Origin: an uncultured Pseudohongiella sp.
GTDB taxonomy: Bacteria; Pseudomonadota; Gammaproteobacteria; Pseudomonadales; Pseudohongiellaceae
Direction: 5' to 3'
Assembly (NCBI GenBank): GCA_964535565.1
Contig: CAZHUJ010000002.1
Location: 99,493-163,492, forward strand
Length of the DNA stretch: 64,000 bases
In this document: piece after piece, positions 19,813 through 28,803 of the stretch
Layout of the letters: every line of letters begins with the position of its first letter
Numbering within the stretch: position 1 is the first letter of the stretch
Notes under the pieces: model-generated
Told to the model about the DNA's origin: nothing
What the model saw: only the letters and a program-made list of their open reading frames with translations
Databases searched by the model: none
Position numbers and translations under genes: made by a program

Positions 19813-21510
19813 GTGACTGATCTGCTCAGGGTCTGCCACTTCTATCATGCTTTGCCAAAACGCAACACCCACGTTATTGGCTTGATAAGTCTTCTTTGCG
19901 TTTTTTTGTTTGCTGCCTGTTCACCATCAGCGCCAGGCGGTGTGGGTGACAATCAACCTCCTGCAGATCCTGGAACACCGGTATACGGTGGTCACCTGCG
20001 TGTTGCCCTGGAAGGGGAGACCAACAACTGGCTCCCGGGCCGAGGTAACCATGTTGCACCTGCCGCGCTGACGGTAGCAATGGCACTGTTTGATCCACTG
20101 GTGCGCCTGGATCATGAAGGCCGTTTTCAACCCTACCTGGCGGAATCCCTGGTTCCCAACAAAACCTTTGACCAGTGGACCGTGACCCTGCGCCCCGGGG
20201 TGAAATTCCACGACGGCACAGCCCTTGATGCGCAAGCCATAAAATGGAATTTTGATAACCTGCATAAACGTCAGGGCTCGGTCACCTTTGGTTCCATCCG
20301 CGATATAGAACGGGTTGAGGTTGTGGACGAACTGCGCGTGGTTTATTACCTGAGCAAAGGCATTGTTCCATTCCCCGATATTCTGACGCGTGCCCCGGGC
20401 TGGCCGGTATCCCCCACGGCTGTGCAGCGCTACGGCGACGAGGCCGGGCTGTACCCGGTGGGTACAGGGCCTTTTCAGCTAGTGAGCTGGCGGCGTGATG
20501 ATCGCCTGGAGTTGCGTCGAAATGAAAACTACTGGCGCGAAGGGTTGCCCTATCTGGACGCCATTACCTTCCGTCCGTTGCCCGATGAAGATGCGCGTCT
20601 GGCCAGTCTGATTTCCGGAGACATCGATGTTATTCAGACGCTGCGCCAGCACATTGTGGCCCGTCTTCGCAGTATGTCCGGTATCCATCTTTATGAACAA
20701 ATCGGCAACAGTTCAGGTAGTGCAATTTTTAACGCCCAGCGTGCGCCGGTTGATGATGCGCGTGTGCGCCGGGCACTGGCCTATGCCCTGGATCAGGAAG
20801 CCTTGATTGAAGTGCTCGGCGGTCGCGGAATTTCACCGGTGCAGACCCAGTACTTCAACGAAACCAGTATCTGGTATTCGCCCAAGGCGGCTGCCGCCTG
20901 GCCTGCTCGTGATCAGGCTCAGGCCAGGGCGTTGCTGCAGGAGTACATAAACGACCCCCAACGTTCTGACGGACGTGCGCCAGGCTCTGCGGTGGCAATA
21001 GAGCTGCTGTGTCTGCCCGAACAAAGTCTGATTGATCTGGCACAGATGTATCAGGCGTTGTGGGTAGCAGTCGGTTTTGATGTGCGCCTGCGCCAGGTGG
21101 AGCAGGCCACCCAAATCCAGAGTGTGATCAGTGGCGACTACATGGTGACCTGCTGGCGCAGCAGCAACGAGCAGGATCCTTACATTATTTTCAGCAATGA
21201 CTTTGGTGATCCTGCTCTGCAACCGCTGAATTACACCAACTTTGCGCATCCGCTGATTAGCCAGAACGTTGAAGTGTTACAGCTGGTACCTGAGTTCGAA
21301 CAACGTTATGCCGCAGTAGAAAATATCCTGATGTTGCTGGCCGAGCAGGTGCCCAATACCTGGACCGGCTCTACTCCCTCGGCGGTGGCTGCCAATCCCA
21401 AAGTGCGCAATCTGCGCGACTGGACCTTTCCTGATGGCCGCCTGGGTGACGGCATGCCGGTTGCACAGGTGAGCTGGGCGCAGGTCTGGATCCGTAACGA
21501 GGAGGATTAA
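19813..21510 (+). CDS. ABC transporter substrate-binding lipoprotein, family 5 (peptide/nickel, DppA/OppA-like)
   Basis: Lipobox LFAAC, size and position upstream of DppBCDF-like genes. The true start may be TTG at 19852, giving (M)PKRNTHVIGLISLLCVFLFAAC. Confidence 0.85.
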   Translation: MTDLLRVCHFYHALPKRNTHVIGLISLLCVFLFAACSPSAPGGVGDNQPPADPGTPVYGGHLRVALEGETNNWLPGRGNHVAPAALTVAMALFDPLVRLDHEGRFQPYLAESLVPNKTFDQWTVTLRPGVKFHDGTALDAQAIKWNFDNLHKRQGSVTFGSIRDIERVEVVDELRVVYYLSKGIVPFPDILTRAPGWPVSPTAVQRYGDEAGLYPVGTGPFQLVSWRRDDRLELRRNENYWREGLPYLDAITFRPLPDEDARLASLISGDIDVIQTLRQHIVARLRSMSGIHLYEQIGNSSGSAIFNAQRAPVDDARVRRALAYALDQEALIEVLGGRGISPVQTQYFNETSIWYSPKAAAAWPARDQAQARALLQEYINDPQRSDGRAPGSAVAIELLCLPEQSLIDLAQMYQALWVAVGFDVRLRQVEQATQIQSVISGDYMVTCWRSSNEQDPYIIFSNDFGDPALQPLNYTNFAHPLISQNVEVLQLVPEFEQRYAAVENILMLLAEQVPNTWTGSTPSAVAANPKVRNLRDWTFPDGRLGDGMPVAQVSWAQVWIRNEED

Positions 21511-21515
21511 CCACA

Positions 21516-22463
21516 GTGAAACTGCTGCTTAAAAAGCTGCCCTGGTTGATTGGCACGCTGCTGGCGGTTTCCTTTTTTACTTTTATGCTGGTCAGTCTGC
21601 TGCCTGGAGATCCGGCGGTACTGATTCTGGGGGCGGGTGGGGTCTCACCCGAAGCCGTTGCCGCCCTGCGTGAAGAGCTGGGGCTGGACCGTCCTCTGCT
21701 GGTGCGATATCTCGACTGGCTCGGCAGTGCGCTGACCGGCGACCTGGGGCGGTCACCGATGACCGGGCAGGCGGTGATGGATGCCATCCTCGCGCGTCTG
21801 CCAGTAACGGTGCAGCTGGGGCTGATGGCAATTGTGATTGCTCTGGCGCTGGCCGTGCCGCTGGCAATGCTGTCAGCGTTTTACGCCGGTTCTCGCCTGG
21901 ATCGCACGATCAGTGGTGTCGGGTTTGCGCTGATGTCAGTGCCCGGTTTTATGATGGCCATTTTCCTGATCCTGATTTTTGCAGTAAATCTGGGTTGGTT
22001 TCCAGCCACTGGCTGGATTCCATTTTCAGTGTCACCTGGCGCTAACCTGCGCAGTGCGCTGTTGCCAGCGCTGTCACTGGCGATGATAGAACTCGCTTTG
22101 TATATGCGACTGCTGCGCACCGATCTGATAGCCACCTTGCAGCAGGACTTCATCACACTGGCGCGCGCCAAAGGGCTGCCAAGCTGGCGCATCATGACCC
22201 GCCATGCCTTAAAACCTTCATCGTTTTCATTGCTCACCGTTGTTGGATTGCAGCTGGGTGGAGTGATTAGCGGGGCTATTATTGTTGAGGAAATTTTTGC
22301 ACTGCCAGGTCTTGGCAGACTTTTGTATCAGTCGATTTTGCAGCGTGATCTGCTGATGGTGCAGGGCATTGTGCTGTTTATTGCTACCGCTTATGTGCTG
22401 GTAAATTTCCTGGTTGATCTTTGTTACTCACTGATTGACCCACGTGTCCGTTATTCGGATTGA
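21516..22463 (+). CDS. ABC transporter permease (DppB/OppB-like)
   Basis: Six hydrophobic segments, a BPD-type permease EAA-like region (LARAKGLPSWRIMTRHALKP) and the typical N-terminus LLKKLPWLIGTLLAVSFFTF. Confidence 0.9.
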   Translation: MKLLLKKLPWLIGTLLAVSFFTFMLVSLLPGDPAVLILGAGGVSPEAVAALREELGLDRPLLVRYLDWLGSALTGDLGRSPMTGQAVMDAILARLPVTVQLGLMAIVIALALAVPLAMLSAFYAGSRLDRTISGVGFALMSVPGFMMAIFLILIFAVNLGWFPATGWIPFSVSPGANLRSALLPALSLAMIELALYMRLLRTDLIATLQQDFITLARAKGLPSWRIMTRHALKPSSFSLLTVVGLQLGGVISGAIIVEEIFALPGLGRLLYQSILQRDLLMVQGIVLFIATAYVLVNFLVDLCYSLIDPRVRYSD

Positions 22464-22472
22464 GCCTGACTT

Positions 22473-23381
22473 ATGACTGTGCCTGCTGAAAAGCTGCAAG
22501 CCAAAGCACATCGCCGCATCGAAAGCCGGGTGCAAAACTATGCCCGCGCCGTGCAGCAGGTATTTGGTCGTGGTTTTGGTCCTGGATTCTGGTTGTCTGT
22601 GGGCTGGTTGCTGCTGGTGTTGTTCTGTGCGCTGTTTGCAAACTGGCTGCCAGTGCGTGACCCACTCGACCCTGTTATTGCCAATCGCCTGAATGGCCCG
22701 CTGACCACCAATATTCTGGGTGCTGACGGACTTGGTCGCGACATTCTTGCGCGTCTGGTGCATGGCGCCAGGGTGTCAGTTGTTATTGGTTTAACCGCAG
22801 TGTCCATCGGGATGGTGATCGGTGGCACGGTGGGTATTCTGGCCGGTTATTTTCGCGGCCATTTTGAGCGCGCAGTCATGGCGGTGCTGGACATTATTCT
22901 GGCCTTCCCCTGGCTGGTTCTGTTACTGGCATTGGTGACTTTTGTTGGCCAGAGCCTGAGCGCCATTTCCGTGGCAATAGGATTTTTGTGGATTCCGGCT
23001 TACGCCCGCGTTGCTCGCGCCAATACTCTGTCGGTTGTGCAGCGCGAATATGTACTGGCCGCGAAGGCCATGGGCGCAAGCACCACACGTATCCTGCTGC
23101 GCGAAGTCCTGCCCAATGTGATTCTGCCGGTTCTGGCCTATGGTCTGGTAGCAATGGGGCTGGTGATTATTGTGGAAAGTGCACTGGCCTTCCTTGGGCT
23201 CAGTGTAGAGGCGCCGCAACCCACCTGGGGCGGCATGATTGCTGAGGGCAAACGCCATCTGGCTACTGCAGTACATGTGGCACTGATGCCTTCATTGACG
23301 ATGTTCTTGACCGTGTTGTCGCTTAACTTTGTGGGGGACAGGCTGCGCAGTCATTTTGATGTCAAGGAGTCAAATCTGTGA
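22473..23381 (+). CDS. ABC transporter permease (DppC/OppC-like)
   Basis: ILGADGLGRDILARLVHG motif typical of DppC/OppC, and a permease EAA region (AAKAMGASTTRILLREVLPN). Confidence 0.9.
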   Translation: MTVPAEKLQAKAHRRIESRVQNYARAVQQVFGRGFGPGFWLSVGWLLLVLFCALFANWLPVRDPLDPVIANRLNGPLTTNILGADGLGRDILARLVHGARVSVVIGLTAVSIGMVIGGTVGILAGYFRGHFERAVMAVLDIILAFPWLVLLLALVTFVGQSLSAISVAIGFLWIPAYARVARANTLSVVQREYVLAAKAMGASTTRILLREVLPNVILPVLAYGLVAMGLVIIVESALAFLGLSVEAPQPTWGGMIAEGKRHLATAVHVALMPSLTMFLTVLSLNFVGDRLRSHFDVKESNL

Positions 23382-24382
23382 GCACTGCGATGCTTGAAGT
23401 TCAGAATCTGACCGTGCGCCTGAAAAGCCAGGCTGGTCTTGTGCATGCGGTGGAGAATGTTTCGTTTACGCTTGAGGCCGGCAAGACCTTGGGCATCGTG
23501 GGTGAATCAGGGTCTGGCAAAAGTGTCACCGCCAGAGCATTGATGGGATTGTTGCCTCGCCTGGGCACTGCCGAAAAAAAAGGCGTAGTGTTGTTGGACG
23601 GGGAGAACATCATCGATTGGTCCGACAAAGTGATGCGCGCCTTGCGTGGACCCAAAATGGCGATGGTATTTCAGGACCCAATGACCGCGCTGAACCCTGT
23701 GCTCAAACTGGGGGTACAACTGGCAGAACCTCTGCAGCTGCATTTGAACATGACTCGGCAACAGGCGCGCCAGCGCTGCATTGAGCTGCTGAGGGTTGTA
23801 GGTATCCCGGCGCCAGAACAGCGCATCGACCAATATCCACATCAGCTGTCCGGCGGCATGAGGCAGAGAGTTGTGATCGCAATTGCACTGGCCTGCAATC
23901 CTCAGTTACTGATTGCGGATGAACCTACAACTGCGCTGGATGTGACGGTACAAAAACAGATTCTGGATCTGTTGTCGTCGCTGCAGCAACAACGGCAGAT
24001 GGCGGTGCTGCTGATCAGCCATGACCTGGGAGTTGTTGGCAGTCGCGCGGATCACATTGCGGTTATGTACGCCGGCCGTATTGTTGAGCTGGCGCCGGCC
24101 AGAATCCTGTTTGAATCGATGTTGCATCCCTATACCGAGGCGCTGCTCAACTCCATCCCGCGCTTGAATGATCCGGCCCATACCCGACTTGCAGCAATTC
24201 CAGGGCGACCGCCACAGCTGATTAACCCGCCTGCAGCCTGTGCGTTTGCGCCGCGTTGTCCAAATGCGCAGCAAAAATGTCGGCGCGAGCAGCCGCCGAT
24301 GATCCCCGCGCGTGAGGCGGGTCATAGTTATGCCTGTTTTTTCCCGGTCGATCGCACGCAGGGAGGCCATGTTCATGGCTGA
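23378..24382 (+). CDS. ABC transporter ATP-binding protein (DppD/OppD-like)
   Basis: Walker A GESGSGKS, signature LSGGMRQR, Walker [13 protein letters not shown] and a C-terminal Cys-rich oligopeptide-type extension. Confidence 0.9.
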   Translation: MSTAMLEVQNLTVRLKSQAGLVHAVENVSFTLEAGKTLGIVGESGSGKSVTARALMGLLPRLGTAEKKGVVLLDGENIIDWSDKVMRALRGPKMAMVFQDPMTALNPVLKLGVQLAEPLQLHLNMTRQQARQRCIELLRVVGIPAPEQRIDQYPHQLSGGMRQRVVIAIALACNPQLLIADEPTTALDVTVQKQILDLLSSLQQQRQMAVLLISHDLGVVGSRADHIAVMYAGRIVELAPARILFESMLHPYTEALLNSIPRLNDPAHTRLAAIPGRPPQLINPPAACAFAPRCPNAQQKCRREQPPMIPAREAGHSYACFFPVDRTQGGHVHG

Positions 24383-25346
24383 AGGCCGCGAGATAGTGCT
24401 CAGTGTGCAGCATCTGAGTGTTAGTTTTAATACCGACAAAGGTGTAGTGCAGGCTGTGTCTGATGTCAGTTTTGATGTGGCGCGCGGTGAAACCCTGGGG
24501 TTGGTGGGGGAGTCTGGTTGCGGGAAGTCCACTATCGGGCGCGCAATCATGCAGCTGCCGCCGCCTACAGGGGGCAGCGTGGTATTCAAGGACCAGGATT
24601 TGACAACATTGTCAGGTGAGGCACTGCGTCAGACGCGTACCGGTTTACAAATGATTTTTCAGGATCCGGTGTCCTCGTTAAATCCTCGTCGCAAGGTGCG
24701 CGATATTATTGCTGAGGGTTTGCATATCTGGAAACGACCCGATGCTGAGGCTCGTGTGCGTGAGGTGATGGATGCGGTGGGTCTGGATCCCGATGCAGCG
24801 GCAGACCGTCGCCCGCACCAGTTTTCCGGTGGGCAGTGCCAGCGCATCTGTATTGCGCGCTCGCTGGCGCTGGATCCAGCCGTGCTGATCTGTGATGAGC
24901 CGGTGTCAGCGCTGGACGTGTCTGTGCAGGCCCAGATTCTCAATTTGCTGGAAGATATGAAACAGCGTTACCAGCTGACGATGATTTTTGTGGCCCATAA
25001 TCTGGCCGTCGTCAAAAACGTCAGTGATCGTGTGGCTGTTATGTATCTGGGAAAACTTTGCGAGATAGGTGCCGTTGAGCGTATTTACTCGCATCCTGCC
25101 CATCCTTATACCCGTGCCTTGCTGGCTTCAATTCCTGATATTGAAAATGCCTACACTGGCAACAGCGAAGTGATGTTGCCGGGCGAGTTGCCATCTCCGG
25201 TGAATCCGCCTTCAGGCTGCCGCTTCCGTACCCGTTGCCCATCTGCCACAGATCGTTGTGCCAGCGAGGAACCTTTGATGCGGGCAGTGACTGACAGCGC
25301 CGGTGTTGATCATTTTGTTGCCTGTCACTACCCGCGGCTGGACTGA
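24375..25346 (+). CDS. ABC transporter ATP-binding protein (DppF/OppF-like)
   Basis: Walker A GESGCGKST, signature FSGGQCQR, Walker B LICDEPVSALD. I prefer the ATG at 24375 (GGGAGG 9 nt upstream) over the ORF-track start at 24312. Confidence 0.9.
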   Translation: MAEGREIVLSVQHLSVSFNTDKGVVQAVSDVSFDVARGETLGLVGESGCGKSTIGRAIMQLPPPTGGSVVFKDQDLTTLSGEALRQTRTGLQMIFQDPVSSLNPRRKVRDIIAEGLHIWKRPDAEARVREVMDAVGLDPDAAADRRPHQFSGGQCQRICIARSLALDPAVLICDEPVSALDVSVQAQILNLLEDMKQRYQLTMIFVAHNLAVVKNVSDRVAVMYLGKLCEIGAVERIYSHPAHPYTRALLASIPDIENAYTGNSEVMLPGELPSPVNPPSGCRFRTRCPSATDRCASEEPLMRAVTDSAGVDHFVACHYPRLD

Positions 25347-25369
25347 GCTGTCCAACGCAATTTCCAACG

Positions 25370-25873
25370 TCAGCGGGCAGGCGAAACCGGCCGGAAACTT
25401 TCAGGATTGATCAGGCGGTAATCGGGCACCACAATGTGTTCAATTTCTTCCACGACGCGAATGGTCGATGGCTGTTTTGCATCCGCTCCCGCTGCAAACA
25501 CAAACTGTCCCGACATCATCTTGTTGACCCGATCCACGGCACCCCAGTCCACGGTGTACCAGTCTGAAGCCGGAAGTTCCGGCAGCGACCAGATAAAAAC
25601 ACGGTCTGGCGTTGGGTCGTAGCGGAAGTTGATGTTCACCACTTTTTCATCCGCAGTTTTAACCACCAGTTTCAGCAGTCTGACGTGATCGGTAAAACGT
25701 AGCAGCAAATTGTCTGGAGCAGTGGGCAATACCTCGTCGTGATCAGGCATGTGTTCAACCTGTACGTCTCCGGTGTAACGGTAGGTATGCGACGAGTGCT
25801 GGGCGTAGGCGGAAGAACTGCAAGCCCACAACAACACCAAAATCGCTGTCAGCACGTTGTATTTATTGTTCAT
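25370..25873 (-). CDS. Periplasmic CopC-domain-like protein (tentative)
   Basis: The internal start MNNKYNVLTAILVLLWACSSSAYA gives a signal peptide. The pattern APDNLLLRFTDHV...YTVDWGAVD...MSGQFVFAAG resembles the CopC/YobA beta-sandwich. It is divergent, and the mature N-terminus is not the canonical His. Confidence 0.45.
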   Translation of the reverse strand: MNNKYNVLTAILVLLWACSSSAYAQHSSHTYRYTGDVQVEHMPDHDEVLPTAPDNLLLRFTDHVRLLKLVVKTADEKVVNINFRYDPTPDRVFIWSLPELPASDWYTVDWGAVDRVNKMMSGQFVFAAGADAKQPSTIRVVEEIEHIVVPDYRLINPESFRPVSPAR

Positions 25874-26092
25874 GTCAGGCCGGGTCCCTGGGCGTTTTAC
25901 ATGACTCCATTTATAACATGGGTCCATTATTTCAGCAGGAATAAGGCTGACGAATTTTGAACTGAGACAGCTGTTTTTGAAGAATTCGTCAGTGTTTTAA
26001 ATAAATCAGCAAGACGCTGTTGCTGGATCGTGTTCCAATGGCTTCGCTGCATAGTAGTTCCAGAACAGAAACAATAACGAAGGAGGTGTCCC

Positions 26093-27658
26093 GTGAGGAT
26101 ACTGCAATCCCCTATGCGCTCCACCACCCGCAAGGGTGTACAGAGGGTGTCTGCTCCGATTTGGGCAGCCCGTCTTCTTGCTGCCATGGCAATGACGTTA
26201 CCACTGGGTGTTTCTGCCCAGAGCAGTGGTTCAGACGTCACGTTCCATAAAGACATTGAACCTATCCTTCAGCGTGCATGTCAGCACTGCCATCGTCCCA
26301 ACGGGGTCGCTCCAATGTCCCTGGTCTCATACGACGATGTAGTCCCTTACGCAGGTTTGGTCGAATATCGTACCCATCTGCGTGATCGTGCAGGCGCGAT
26401 GCCGCCGTGGTATGCCGAAAAGGATATTGGTATCCAGTCCTACAAACAGGACCCGTCACTGACTGATCTGGAGCTGGCAAAAATTTCTGCCTGGGCGCGC
26501 GGTGGTGTGCCCAAGGGAAATCCGGCTGATGCTCCGCAACCTCTGGTATTTGATGACCGTGGTGTATGGACCGCGGGCGAGCCGGATATGGTGATCCGCA
26601 CCGAAGATATTTTTGTGGAAGGCGGTGCACCGGATTGGTGGGGAGATATTCCCAGCATTCCTACCGGTCTGACGCAGGATCGCTATGTAAAATCGGTCGA
26701 GATTCGTGAGGTTAACGACCGTGACATGAGTGCTGCCGGCGGTACCGTCGGTGGACGTAACATTGTTCACCATATGATCTGGAGTACCCAGGTTTTTAAC
26801 GAAGACGGAAGCTCGGATGGTATTCAGGTGCCTTGGCCGGTACACGAAATTGCCCGTAACCCGGATATTTTTGATGAAGACTCCGGTCGCCTGCTGCGTG
26901 CCAACTCCTACCTGGTGTCCAACTCCGTGCATTTGCACTCCACCGGAGTGGATACCACCGGACACCTGGAAATCGGTTTCCGCTTCCACCCGGAAGGTTA
27001 CAAACCCAAGTATCCGCCGTCATTTATCGGTCTTGGTAACGGTGTGGATATCTCCATTGCCGGTAACCAGGACAAGCAGGAATTGCATGCTTATGCCGTG
27101 CTGGATCAACCCACCAAGATTGTAACCTTCGAGCCACACTTGCACGCCCCTGGCGAGCGTATGTGTCTGGAAGCGATCTGGGGTTATACCGTCGAAACGC
27201 TGTCCTGCGTGGGTTACGACCACAACTGGGTACGCGGATACACCTTTGAGGCAGACTCTGCGCCGCTGCTGCCAAAAGGCACTGTGCTGCATATTGTGGG
27301 CTACATGAACAACACCGATACCAACCCGAACGTGCCGGATTCGCGTAACTGGCAAGGTTCAGGTAACCGTTCGGTCACCAATATGTTTATCGACCTCGGC
27401 ATGCGGGTCACCATGACTGACGACCAGTTCCTGGACGAGATGACCCAGCGTCGCAAGGATCTGAATCTCGGACCCAACGATCACGTGATCGGATGTCCGC
27501 TGTGTCTGGCACCTCTGGTTGCGCCTATCGAACCTACTGAGGAAGAGAAAAAGGATATGTCAGAGGCGATGATTCGTTACCTGACGCTTACGGATGAGGA
27601 GAAGCAGCGTCTTGGCCTCAGTAACAATGTGATGCTGAGCCAGACGGAGGGTAACTGA
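26093..27658 (+). CDS. Exported fusion protein: N-terminal c-type heme (CXXCH) domain plus a copper type II ascorbate-dependent monooxygenase (PHM/DBH)-like domain
   Basis: GTG start 6 nt after AGGAGG, followed by a signal peptide. Motifs in PHM order: FHKDIEPILQRACQHCH (CXXCH at nt 26279-26293), VHHM (H226, H227), VHLH, PHLH (H349, H351) and TNMF (M431). Confidence 0.6.
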   Translation: MRILQSPMRSTTRKGVQRVSAPIWAARLLAAMAMTLPLGVSAQSSGSDVTFHKDIEPILQRACQHCHRPNGVAPMSLVSYDDVVPYAGLVEYRTHLRDRAGAMPPWYAEKDIGIQSYKQDPSLTDLELAKISAWARGGVPKGNPADAPQPLVFDDRGVWTAGEPDMVIRTEDIFVEGGAPDWWGDIPSIPTGLTQDRYVKSVEIREVNDRDMSAAGGTVGGRNIVHHMIWSTQVFNEDGSSDGIQVPWPVHEIARNPDIFDEDSGRLLRANSYLVSNSVHLHSTGVDTTGHLEIGFRFHPEGYKPKYPPSFIGLGNGVDISIAGNQDKQELHAYAVLDQPTKIVTFEPHLHAPGERMCLEAIWGYTVETLSCVGYDHNWVRGYTFEADSAPLLPKGTVLHIVGYMNNTDTNPNVPDSRNWQGSGNRSVTNMFIDLGMRVTMTDDQFLDEMTQRRKDLNLGPNDHVIGCPLCLAPLVAPIEPTEEEKKDMSEAMIRYLTLTDEEKQRLGLSNNVMLSQTEGN

Positions 27659-28617
27659 TGTTTGCAGGAGCTTTTAGTAGACGTTTAAACGTGGCCGCAG
27701 CGGCGGTACTGGGTTTGGGCCTGCTCTGCAGCGGAATGTCAGTGCAGGCGCAGACCTACAGCAGTGGTCAGCACATTGAGCCCGCGTACGAAGGCTGGCG
27801 TCAGAATGAAGATGGTTCCTACAACTTCATTTTTGGTTACCACAATGAAAACTGGCAGGAAGAACTCGATATCCCGGTGGGAGAAAATAATTTTTTCTCT
27901 CCTGGCGATGCCGATCGTGGCCAGCCCACACACTTTCTGCCGCGTCGTAACCGCTTCACCTTTGAAGTCACGGTCCCAGCCGATTGGGGCGAAAAAGAGT
28001 TGGCATGGACGATAACGGCTCACGGTGTCACACGCACCGCGTACGCTACTCTGGCCAAGGACTATGTGGTGGATAACGTGGTCATTGCCTCTGAAACCGG
28101 ATCGTTGGGGGCCGGTACCAGTACGCCTGAATCGCGTGCCAACACAGCGCCAGTGATCAACTTGCTGGGTGATAACGTGCGTAGTGTGCGTGTGGGTGAA
28201 CCGCTGCTGTTAAGAGCTGAAGTCAGGGACGACGGTCTGCCGAAACCGGGCAGTGCTGCAGCTGCGGCTGAAGGCCGCGAAGTGACGCGAACAGCTCCGG
28301 GTGAAGTGCGCCGATTTATGCGTGCACCCACACGGGTCACAGTAGGTAAAACCAACGGTTTGTTCCTGTCATGGAACGTTTACCGTGGTGACGCCAACGC
28401 GGAATTTTATCCGCCGCAGGTCAAACCATGGGAAGACACCCGTGCCAGCGCCAACTCACCTTGGGGTGCTTACTGGACACCTCCGCCCATTCCGGAAGAC
28501 GGAATCTACGAAACCCAGGTAACGTTTGATAGACCTGGCACGTTTATATTGTGGGCGCGAGCCGATGATGGGGGACTTTATGGTGACTATTACGTCACTG
28601 TAAATGTGACTGAGTAA
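27658..28617 (+). CDS. Hypothetical exported protein (319 aa), translationally coupled to the upstream gene
   Basis: Signal peptide AAAAVLGLGLLCSGMSVQA-QT. The ATG overlaps the upstream TGA by 1 nt. No family recognised. Confidence 0.6.
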   Translation: MFAGAFSRRLNVAAAAVLGLGLLCSGMSVQAQTYSSGQHIEPAYEGWRQNEDGSYNFIFGYHNENWQEELDIPVGENNFFSPGDADRGQPTHFLPRRNRFTFEVTVPADWGEKELAWTITAHGVTRTAYATLAKDYVVDNVVIASETGSLGAGTSTPESRANTAPVINLLGDNVRSVRVGEPLLLRAEVRDDGLPKPGSAAAAAEGREVTRTAPGEVRRFMRAPTRVTVGKTNGLFLSWNVYRGDANAEFYPPQVKPWEDTRASANSPWGAYWTPPPIPEDGIYETQVTFDRPGTFILWARADDGGLYGDYYVTVNVTE

Positions 28618-28626
28618 ATCTGAACT

Positions 28627-28657
28627 CACTGTGCTGCAGTCAATGTGCAGCACAGTG
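28627..28657 (+). other. Perfect 12 bp stem hairpin just after the stop of the 27658-28617 gene
   Basis: CACTGTGCTGCA-gtcaatg-TGCAGCACAGTG. Confidence 0.5.
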
Positions 28658-28702
28658 ACAGAAGATGTGGCAGCTGTGTAACTGATCCCAACACAGCATT
28701 CA

Positions 28703-28749
28703 GCCCTGGCTTGATCTCGGAGTCGTGCGCCGAGGCCAGGGCTTTTTTT
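28703..28749 (+). terminator. Rho-independent terminator
   Basis: GCCCTGGC..CTCGG-loop-CCGAG.GCCAGGGC followed by TTTTTTT. Confidence 0.75.
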
Positions 28750-28803
28750 ATTGCTGTAAATTGTCTATCTTGCAGTCAACAACAACTACAGCAGAATTAT
28801 TAG

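Noticed and set aside
23906-24589. 227 aa minus-strand ORF
   Set aside because: Antisense across the junction of the two ABC ATPase genes, both of which have Walker A, signature and Walker B motifs.
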